Under the pieces are notes generated by a model, which was not told the origin of the DNA, made no database searches, and saw nothing but the letters and a program-made list of their open reading frames with translations. This document shows positions 1-5,385 of a DNA stretch of 5,385 bases, piece after piece. The first letter of the stretch is position 1; each line of letters begins with the position of its first letter. The translations under genes and the position numbers were made by a program. The stretch is from a virus (lineage: Duplodnaviria > Heunggongvirae > Uroviricota > Caudoviricetes): IMG/VR virus record IMGVR_UViG_2671180433_000011. One strand, 5' to 3'.

Positions 1-282
1 ATATCCAGGACTGGCCGGCAAACCGGGTACGCGATCTGTTGCCCTGGAAAGTTGATCTGAGCTCTCAGTAAATATCAATACGGTTCTGACGAGTCGCTTA
101 CCCTGCATCTGTGCCTGCAGCCAGTCTTCCGGTGCGATACGAAAATACGCCTCCGGCTCTGCAGAAATATTCACACAAGGGATATACCACTCCCCCTCCG
201 GCGTGCTTATCACGAAGCCGCACGACTCCGCAGGCGCACACCGCCGGGCATGCGCCAGAATCGCTGATTCAGTCTGTGTCAT
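1..282 (-). CDS. K: Tail tip assembly protein K, N-terminal part; K-like sequence is recognisable only for about 97..282 (ORF stays open to the window edge)
   Basis: Hand translation from the ATG at 280..282: MTQTESAILAHARRCAPAESCGFVISTPEGEWYIPCVNISAEPEAYFRIAPEDWLQAQMQG, which matches my recollection of the lambda gpK N-terminal region. After MQG (plus coordinate about 100) it reads KRLVRTVLIFTESSDQLSRATDRVPGLPASPGY and lacks the expected MPN/JAMM H-S-H-P motif. Not in the ORF track because it is truncated by the window edge. Confidence 0.65.
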   Translation of the reverse strand, partial: MTQTESAILAHARRCAPAESCGFVISTPEGEWYIPCVNISAEPEAYFRIAPEDWLQAQMQGKRLVRTVLIFTESSDQLSRATDRVPGLPASPGY

Positions 283-292
283 AAACCGGGAT

Positions 293-991
293 TTACTGCG
301 AAAGTTTATTAATGGAAAGGAAACCGCCAAAATTAGCCACCATGCCGCGCATCTCACACCCGCGCATGCACTTGCTGCATCTGTCCTTACGGATATCGGT
401 GGTGGGTTTATCGAACTCATCCGCCACAGCCCCGCCCGTGTAACCACACTCATCAGAGCGGTAGGTCCACATACAGGTGTTCGCCAGCATGATGCGACCG
501 GGAAACAGCGCCCCGTCCGTCTCGGTCGGTGTGGCCAGCACAAACGAGGCTGTCATGGCCGTCAGCTCTGACATCTGCTCCACCACCCAGCGGTCGCTCA
601 GCTCCTGCTCCGGGTCCGCTTCCGGATTGCCCGCCACAAAATTCACCGCATCCAGAAAACGGGCATACACCCGGCGGCGGACCACCGTGGCCCCCACCAG
701 GCTCTGCAGGTCCTCCGCCATCCCGGTGACCAGACCAAACAGATTGGACACCGTCAGCGACGGTCTGGCACTGCTGCCCTTCCCGTTCATCTCAAAGCCA
801 CTGCCGTCAATCGGGTATGCCTGGTACTTCCGCCCCTGCCAGGTCACCGGCTCCCCTTTTTCATTCAGCTCATTGCAGAAAAAATACCGCTCACCGCCCT
901 GTACCGTCAGGTCGATTTCCCAGAGTACCACCCGCGGTGACTGCTCTGATTTAACCGACTCGCTCAGACTTTCTTCGTGAATATCCTGCAT
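293..991 (-). CDS. L: Tail tip protein L (minor tail protein with a C-terminal Cys cluster)
   Basis: 232-aa ORF MQDIHEESLSESVKSEQSPRVVLWEIDLTVQGGERYFFCNELNEKGEPVTWQGRKYQAYPIDGSGFEMNGKGSSARPSLTV..., the same length as lambda gpL. The C-terminal cysteines (…CMWTYRSDECGYTGG…DRCSKCMRGCEMRG) are consistent with the reported gpL iron-sulfur site. An AGGTGGTGA Shine-Dalgarno lies 4-5 nt upstream. Confidence 0.93.
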   Translation of the reverse strand: MQDIHEESLSESVKSEQSPRVVLWEIDLTVQGGERYFFCNELNEKGEPVTWQGRKYQAYPIDGSGFEMNGKGSSARPSLTVSNLFGLVTGMAEDLQSLVGATVVRRRVYARFLDAVNFVAGNPEADPEQELSDRWVVEQMSELTAMTASFVLATPTETDGALFPGRIMLANTCMWTYRSDECGYTGGAVADEFDKPTTDIRKDRCSKCMRGCEMRGMVANFGGFLSINKLSQ

Positions 992-1320
992 CAGTTCACC
1001 ACCTGCTTAAACTCCGCGCTGAACTCAACGCGCAACATCCCGACCCGCGCAGACCACCCGGCACAGGTCACCTTTATCTGCCGGTATGCATAGGGTGGCT
1101 TCCACAAAAATGCCTTCCAGCCACCGTGCTCTGCCAGGAACGCTTCCAGATGCCGGGCCTCCTCCCGGGTCACGGAAAGCGTCACCCTGTATGTTTTCAG
1201 GTCAGCATTCAGCCCTGCCGCCATACGCTGTGAGTACCCGTCACCAAAACGCACTTCACGCACCGACGGCTGCGAGTTCACCTCCATATCCGGCTTCACT
1301 TTCCAGCGAAAGGTTTTCAT
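991..1320 (-). CDS. M: Minor tail protein M
   Basis: 109-aa ORF MKTFRWKVKPDMEVNSQPSVREVRFGDGYSQRMAAGLNADLKTYRVTLSV..., the same length as lambda gpM and recalled as closely similar. ATGA overlap with the H stop and a 1-nt TGATG stop/start overlap with L indicate translational coupling. A GGGAG Shine-Dalgarno lies upstream. Confidence 0.93.
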   Translation of the reverse strand: MKTFRWKVKPDMEVNSQPSVREVRFGDGYSQRMAAGLNADLKTYRVTLSVTREEARHLEAFLAEHGGWKAFLWKPPYAYRQIKVTCAGWSARVGMLRVEFSAEFKQVVN

Positions 1321-1757
1321 CCACCGCTCCCTGATAACATACCGCCATCACGCAACTGCAGCCGGAGTTCATCCTGTGCCCCCTTGCGGGCCATCTCATA
1401 CACCGCTTTCATCAGCTGCGGCCCTGCCCGCCCGTTGGGGCCGTCGTTCTGAATCACCACGTGATTGTTCTGATTAAAATTAATGCCTTCCGCCCGCCGC
1501 ATCTGCGCCGGACTTCCGGCACCGCCGACATAACCACCTTCCGCATAGCCCCGCATCAGGCGGTACAGATTGCCGACACCAATCCGGCTGGTCGCCTCCT
1601 TCGTGAAGACAAACTCCCCGCGATGAACAATCCCCGCAGGTTCATATTTACCCCCCCGTCCCCGTAAATCCCCCGGTCGCGAAATGGAAGTTCGCCGCCG
1701 CAGCCTGAATGGCCGTCCCCGTGGAGGCAGACGCACCACCACCGAAAGTACCGCCAA
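1317..1757 (-). CDS. H: Tape measure protein H, extreme C-terminal fragment ORF (true H coding about 1317..1650; upstream part is a different frame of the preceding fragment)
   Basis: ORF from the track containing ...KYEPAGIVHRGEFVFTKEATSRIGVGNLYRLMRGYAEGGYVGGAGS...LRDGGMLSGSGG*. Its stop TGA (1317..1319) overlaps the M start. Confidence 0.5.
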   Translation of the reverse strand: MAVLSVVVRLPPRGRPFRLRRRTSISRPGDLRGRGGKYEPAGIVHRGEFVFTKEATSRIGVGNLYRLMRGYAEGGYVGGAGSPAQMRRAEGINFNQNNHVVIQNDGPNGRAGPQLMKAVYEMARKGAQDELRLQLRDGGMLSGSGG

Positions 1758-2823
1758 TGGCGCTGCCGATACTCCCGACTATCCCCACCATCGCCTGCTT
1801 CAGAAAAATCTCTGTCAGCATGGACAGCACAGAACGGGTGAAACCACGCCAGTTCTGTTCGCTGCCGGTCAGCATCGCTGCCATATTCTGTGCAATACCG
1901 TCAAAGGTCTGCGTGGCCGCGTTTTTAACCTGCGAAAAACTGTCCGTCGCACTTTCCGCCCACTCGCCCCAGCCGGACTTCATCCCGGCCATCCAGCTTC
2001 CACGAAGCTGCTCCTCCGCAGACCAGGTGTTCTTCAGTGCAGATGTGGCCTTCGCCAGCGCAGCCGGATTATCACCGTACACCTCACGAAGGCGCTGCTC
2101 TTCCGACTCCCGCTGCGCCTGACGGTCAGTGAGGCCGCGGGCTTTTGCGCTGATTGCCGCCTGCTTCGCGCTCTGCTGCTGTTCAAACCGCGCCGCCTGC
2201 TGTGCCAGCTCATTCAGCCGCTTCTGGTGTTCAATCTTGTCTCCCAGCTCAGCCAGCTGGCGTTTGTACTCCAGCGTCTCTTTCTCATGAGCCAGCAGGG
2301 ATTTTTCCTGCTCAGATAACTGCCGTTTCGTGGCGGCCTCTTTCAGGACCACATACTGACTTTCCGCTTCCCATAAATCCCGGCGCTGCTGGCTGATTTT
2401 CTCATTCACACCGCTGTGTTTTTCCAGCGTCCTGAGCTCGGTTTCAAGCGCCAGCATGGCTGCATGCGCCCGGTCTTCCTGGCGCTCACCGGCAGACACC
2501 TTCACACCTGACGGCTTTTTCAGCGTCGATTCATAATCCTTTTTTGCCGACGCCATCAGCGTGTTGTAATCCGCCTGCAGGATTTTTCCGTCTTTCAGGG
2601 CCTTATTCAGCTCTTTCTGACGGGCGGTATATTTATCCAGCGGCGTCTGCAGGCGCTCATACGCCTTCTGCGCCTCTCCGGTATACTTCAGCTGTGACGC
2701 CTCACGCTCAGCCCGGTCCCTTGCCGCCAGTTCACCGGCTTTTTCCATATCCGACTGCAGCGTGGCCGCTGCCAGACCCAGACGGGCATTTTCCCGGTCA
2801 TCCCATGCATTTCCGCTTCCCAT
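1648..2823 (-). CDS. H: Tape measure protein H, central/C-terminal fragment ORF (its first ~5 codons are junction-derived)
   Basis: 391-aa ORF from the track. After MGSGNA it reads WDDRENARLGLAAATLQ... through ...AAAANFHFATGGFTGTGG, then stops at a TAA created by the extra base in the C7 run. Confidence 0.55.
   Translation of the reverse strand: MGSGNAWDDRENARLGLAAATLQSDMEKAGELAARDRAEREASQLKYTGEAQKAYERLQTPLDKYTARQKELNKALKDGKILQADYNTLMASAKKDYESTLKKPSGVKVSAGERQEDRAHAAMLALETELRTLEKHSGVNEKISQQRRDLWEAESQYVVLKEAATKRQLSEQEKSLLAHEKETLEYKRQLAELGDKIEHQKRLNELAQQAARFEQQQSAKQAAISAKARGLTDRQAQRESEEQRLREVYGDNPAALAKATSALKNTWSAEEQLRGSWMAGMKSGWGEWAESATDSFSQVKNAATQTFDGIAQNMAAMLTGSEQNWRGFTRSVLSMLTEIFLKQAMVGIVGSIGSAIGGTFGGGASASTGTAIQAAAANFHFATGGFTGTGG
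2361..2808. repeat. Tandem direct repeat, copy A (448 bp; variant allele) inside the tape measure gene
   Basis: Aligns base-for-base with 2810..3257 at a constant offset of 449. Both flanks are identical; 11 mismatches are confined to A-coordinates 2509..2616. Confidence 0.95.
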
Positions 2824-4340
2824 AAATCCCGGCGCTGCTGGCTGATTTTCTCATTCACACCGCTGTGTTTTTCCAGCGTCCTGAGCTCGGTTTCAAGCGC
2901 CAGCATGGCTGCATGCGCCCGGTCTTCCTGGCGCTCACCGGCAGACACCTTCACACCGGACGGCTTTTTCAGCGTCGCTTCATAATCCTTTTTCGCCGCC
3001 GCCATCAGCGTGTTGTAATCTGCCTGCAGGATTTTCCCGTCCTTCAGTGCCTTGTTCAGTTCTTCCTGACGGGCGGTATATTTATCCAGCGGCGTCTGCA
3101 GGCGCTCATACGCCTTCTGCGCCTCTCCGGTATACTTCAGCTGTGACGCCTCACGCTCAGCCCGGTCCCTTGCCGCCAGTTCACCGGCTTTTTCCATATC
3201 CGACTGCAGCGTGGCCGCTGCCAGACCCAGACGGGCATTTTCCCGGTCATCCCATGCCCCCTGAAGGTTCGCACGAAAAGAGGAGGTCTTTCCCCGGCGC
3301 TGGCTCCGGCTCTGGTACCACTGCCATTTTTTATCCGCCTCATCAAATGCCTTCTGCGCACTGGCGAGCATATCCGCTGAGGATTCAGGACGACCGATAT
3401 CCAGAATGGCATCCCACATCGATTTGAATGCCTTCCCTGTTTTATCCGCCCAGGTCTCCAGTGTTCCCATGTTTTCTTTCAGGCGACGGGTCTGCTCATC
3501 AAAGCCTTTCGTGGCGATATCGTTCGCCGCCTGCAATGCCCCGGCCTCGTCTCCGGAACGCTGCAGCTGTGCAACATACGCAATCTGCTCTGCCGTCACG
3601 TTACGGAACTGGCGCGCCATCGCCATCAGTCCCGACGTCGGGTCAGTGGTCAGCTTCCCGAAGGCTTCAGCGACTTTATCCACCTCCACACCGGATGCAG
3701 ACGCAAAACGCGCGACACTCTGGTTGATGGCATCAAACTGTTCACCACCACGCACACCGGCATTCACCAGGGCTGCCAGTGACTCTCTCGCCTGGTTAAA
3801 CGTCAGCCCTGCTGCCTGCCCGGCTCTTGAGAGAGTCAGCATACGATCGGCAGTCAGTCCGGACTGATTACCGGAAAGAACCAGGGTTTTATTAAACGCT
3901 GAAAGCGTGGAATCTCCCTGGTACCAGGCGTACACCAGCGCACCTGTCGCCACCGCCAGCGAGGTGACCCCGACCATCGGCAGGGTGATCGCACCGGCAA
4001 GCCCCCTGAACATGGGGATCATCCCGCCGAAGGAGTCCTTCACCTGACCGCCCTGTTGCAGCAGGATCAGCCAGGGATTCTGACCACCGGCAAGCTGCGT
4101 GGCGATATCCGTAAACTGTGCGGGCAGGGTTCGCATGGCCGCTTTATACTGCCCGACGGAAATCCCGGCTTTTTGTGCAGCCAGCGCCTGGCGGCTCAGG
4201 CCCTGTTCAACAGCACTGGCGGTTTTTCTGGCGTCGGTATCCAGACCTGAAAAATGACGCCTTACCCGGCTCATCTGCTCATCGAAACGGACAGCATCCA
4301 GACTCAGGTCAATAACAAGATCACCAACCGGCTGGGACAT
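2688..4340 (-). CDS. H: Tape measure protein H, N-terminal fragment ORF (true H coding about 2810..4340; the last ~40 codons, 2688..2809, are out-of-frame read-through into repeat copy A)
   Basis: 550-aa ORF from the track. The sequence is H-like up to ...QQRRDLWEAE, then becomes MHGMTGKMPVWVWQRPRCS... exactly where the reading crosses the repeat junction at 2809/2810. Confidence 0.55.
   Translation of the reverse strand: MSQPVGDLVIDLSLDAVRFDEQMSRVRRHFSGLDTDARKTASAVEQGLSRQALAAQKAGISVGQYKAAMRTLPAQFTDIATQLAGGQNPWLILLQQGGQVKDSFGGMIPMFRGLAGAITLPMVGVTSLAVATGALVYAWYQGDSTLSAFNKTLVLSGNQSGLTADRMLTLSRAGQAAGLTFNQARESLAALVNAGVRGGEQFDAINQSVARFASASGVEVDKVAEAFGKLTTDPTSGLMAMARQFRNVTAEQIAYVAQLQRSGDEAGALQAANDIATKGFDEQTRRLKENMGTLETWADKTGKAFKSMWDAILDIGRPESSADMLASAQKAFDEADKKWQWYQSRSQRRGKTSSFRANLQGAWDDRENARLGLAAATLQSDMEKAGELAARDRAEREASQLKYTGEAQKAYERLQTPLDKYTARQEELNKALKDGKILQADYNTLMAAAKKDYEATLKKPSGVKVSAGERQEDRAHAAMLALETELRTLEKHSGVNEKISQQRRDLWEAEMHGMTGKMPVWVWQRPRCSRIWKKPVNWRQGTGLSVRRHS
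2810..3257. repeat. Tandem direct repeat, copy B (448 bp; lambda-like allele) inside the tape measure gene
   Basis: Same alignment as copy A. A single junction base (a, 2809) separates the copies. Copy B continues in frame into unique upstream H sequence. Confidence 0.95.
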
Positions 4341-5192
4341 ATCTCACACCTCCCGGAATCCCCGCTGAAGCCATCATTAATGCGGCATCATCCACCATGA
4401 CATCCGCCACATCCGCAGACGATAAAATATCGCGCCCTCCGTCCCCACCGAACCGGACGCCTCCGGCAAGTCCTGCCGCTTTCTGCATCAGCATTTTGTC
4501 CTCATCCGGCCTCTCCACCTGCTCTTCCTCATGCCGGGGGACAAGCAGACTGAAATCAGAGGGATGCATATCCGGATCGCAAAAAAACAGGCTGAGTACA
4601 GCGTACGTCAGCCCGGAAAAATGCATATCCAGCTGGGTATCCTGAAAATAATGCGTGCGGTAAAAACGGTGCCAGTCGGCATATTCGGTGGATGTCATCC
4701 CGGCAAGCATGGCGCGCCAGTCGGGTCTCCCCATCTCACGCGCCAGTCTGAGGGCAAAGTTCAGCTCGCCGTCGAAGACTTTCCCGCAGAAAAATCATCA
4801 TCAGTCAGCGTGTTATTTTTCGCCACTTCAGTAATATCAGTATCCGGACGAACAACTTCGATCATCCCGGACAGGCACAACACCACGTCTTCCGCCCGGG
4901 CAATGGCATCGGCAGGCCAGGTGGTGAGCACTTCCTGCTCTATCTTCATCACGGCCTCATTCATTGACGGTGACCCCGTTTTCTGCGGATGGTTATGCCA
5001 CAGGGACATCGCCACCAGAAACGCGCCGGTTCTGACGAGATCTTCCACGCTTACCTGCAGGTTGCCGCTGGATTCTGCCTGTTCTGCACGCCGTTTCAGG
5101 AGGGCAAGATGCTCGATACGCTGCAGCGCAGACAATTCGGAAAGCGTGACAGACACACCGTTATATTCAAATTGTTCTGTTTTCAGAAACAT
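4321..5192 (-). CDS. T: Tail assembly chaperone G-T fusion, made by programmed -1 ribosomal frameshift (T-frame part about 4321..4785)
   Basis: The -1 frame downstream of the slip site reads VFDGELNFALRLAREMGRPDWRAMLAGMTSTEYADWHRFY..., matching recalled lambda gpT. The T frame has no separate start context and is entered from G at GGGAAAG. ORF-track entry 4321..4734 is the Met-initiated subset of this frame. Confidence 0.88.
4348..4353 (-). promoter_or_regulatory. Shine-Dalgarno sequence (GGAGGT) for tape measure gene H
   Basis: Minus-strand GGGAGGTG lies about 6-8 nt upstream of the H ATG at 4338..4340. Confidence 0.55.
4761..5192 (-). CDS. G: Tail assembly chaperone G
   Basis: 143-aa ORF beginning MFLKTEQFEYNGVSVTLSELSALQRIEHLALLKRRAEQAES..., recalled as closely similar to lambda gpG (about 140 aa). 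Position between V and T/H is as in lambda. The slippery heptamer lies 5 codons before its stop. Confidence 0.92.
   Translation of the reverse strand: MFLKTEQFEYNGVSVTLSELSALQRIEHLALLKRRAEQAESSGNLQVSVEDLVRTGAFLVAMSLWHNHPQKTGSPSMNEAVMKIEQEVLTTWPADAIARAEDVVLCLSGMIEVVRPDTDITEVAKNNTLTDDDFSAGKSSTAS
4779..4785 (-). promoter_or_regulatory. Programmed -1 frameshift slippery heptamer G_GGA_AAG (G to G-T)
   Basis: Plus-strand CTTTCCC at 4779..4785 is GGGAAAG on the minus strand, in the G zero frame as G GGA AAG. This is the same heptamer and the same position relative to the G stop as the lambda G/G-T frameshift site. Confidence 0.88.
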
Positions 5193-5197
5193 GTATT

Positions 5198-5203
5198 ACC
5201 TCC
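5198..5203 (-). promoter_or_regulatory. Shine-Dalgarno sequence (GGAGGT) for G
   Basis: Minus-strand GGAGGT lies 5 nt upstream of the G ATG at 5190..5192, between the V stop and the G start. Confidence 0.6.
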
Positions 5204-5205
5204 GT

Positions 5206-5385
5206 TTACCCTGCAGCGCCCGCTTCAGTAACGGTGACTTCAGCCACTGCGGCGAACTGACCATTTCCGCTCACCACAGGGATCTGCACCTTACCTGTCG
5301 CCACGCCGTTTACCGTAATTGTCATATCTTTCACACTAATGGTGGCTTTCGACGGATCGGCGGAAACCGCTCTGAACGTCTTGTC
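5206..5385 (-). CDS. V: Major tail protein V, C-terminal part (5' end lies beyond the right window edge)
   Basis: Hand translation of the minus strand from 5385 down to the TAA at 5206..5208 gives ...[59 protein letters not shown], which matches my recollection of the Ig-like C-terminal domain of lambda gpV. It sits directly upstream of G as in lambda. Not in the ORF track because it is truncated by the window edge. Confidence 0.85.
   Translation of the reverse strand, partial: DKTFRAVSADPSKATISVKDMTITVNGVATGKVQIPVVSGNGQFAAVAEVTVTEAGAAG

Larger units (their letters stand above)
1317..4340 (-). pseudogene. H: Tail tape measure protein H, disrupted in this sequence by a 449-bp tandem duplication and a +1 homopolymer frameshift
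   Basis: Three consecutive minus-strand ORFs (2688..4340, 1648..2823, 1317..1757) together reconstruct a lambda gpH-like protein: N-terminus MSQPVGDLVIDLSLDAVRFDEQMSRVRRHF..., middle ...KYTGEAQKAYERLQTPLDKYTARQ..., C-terminus ...GGFTGTGG / KYEPAGIVHRGEFVFTKEATSRIGVGNLYRLMRGYA.... Removing one repeat copy (449 bp) and one C from the C7 run gives about 857 codons, against a recalled 853 aa for lambda gpH. The start overlaps the T stop region and the stop overlaps the M start (ATGA). Confidence 0.85.

Noticed and set aside
203-980. Plus-strand ORFs 203..571, 477..980 and 529..729 overlapping L
   Set aside because: They are antisense to a well-supported L gene, have low-complexity Pro/Ala/Arg-rich translations with no recognisable family, and are the usual long antisense frames of GC-rich coding DNA.
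1684-2396. Plus-strand ORFs 1684..2319 (211 aa), 1709..2122 and 2154..2396 inside the tape measure gene
   Set aside because: Antisense to H-like coding sequence with Arg/Leu/Pro-rich low-complexity translations. No start context or conserved motif supports an overlapping gene.
2361-3257. Possible CRISPR array or mobile-element terminal repeats
   Set aside because: There are only two long (448 bp) tandem copies with no short spacer/repeat periodicity and no inverted terminal repeats or transposase; both copies are coding sequence of the same gene.
3137-3412. Minus-strand ORF 3137..3412 (91 aa) sharing its C-terminal sequence with ORF 2688..4340
   Set aside because: It is an out-of-frame reading across repeat copy B, the same junk frame that terminates the N-terminal H fragment in copy A, not a separate gene.
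2544-3427. Plus-strand ORFs 2544..2825, 2865..3146 and 3047..3427, which look like paralogous proteins
   Set aside because: Their similarity simply reflects the 449-bp tandem repeat read on the antisense strand; they are not independent genes.
3406-4315. Plus-strand ORFs 3406..3867, 3428..3727, 4056..4250 and 4118..4315
   Set aside because: Antisense to the N-terminal half of H, which is continuous and H-like on the minus strand; no support for coding.
4397-5231. Plus-strand ORFs 4397..4645 and 4989..5231
   Set aside because: Antisense to T and G respectively; short, with no Shine-Dalgarno sequence or recognisable product.
1-5385. A novel defence or accessory system hidden in the tail module
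   Set aside because: Every substantial ORF is accounted for by a lambda-like tail gene in canonical order, with no inserted cargo gene between them. The only unexplained DNA is about 100 bp at the left edge, too short to encode a system.
1-5385. Chi site (GCTGGTGG) on either strand
   Set aside because: I found no exact match on manual scanning; only near-misses such as CCACCAGG, so none is reported.

Overview
The window is the tail-morphogenesis module of a lambda-like (lambdoid siphovirus) prophage, almost certainly from an Enterobacteriaceae host, with every gene on the minus strand. Reading in gene order from high to low coordinates: the C-terminus of major tail protein V (5206..5385), tail assembly chaperone G (4761..5192), the G-T -1 frameshift product with a conserved GGGAAAG slippery site (4779..4785), tape measure protein H (1317..4340), M (991..1320), L (293..991) and the N-terminus of K (..282). 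Protein identities are assigned by recalled similarity to phage lambda gpV/G/T/H/M/L/K; no database search was run. The module appears damaged. The tape measure gene is interrupted by a frame-breaking 449-bp tandem direct repeat (copies 2361..2808 and 2810..3257) and by one extra base in a C7 homopolymer (1651..1657). The K reading frame seems to lose K-like sequence near position 100, suggesting a truncation junction at the left edge. I could not tell a genuine defective prophage from assembly or sequencing error using sequence alone. I found no CRISPR array, RNA gene, transposase or defence system; plus-strand ORFs inside the tail genes are antisense artefacts.
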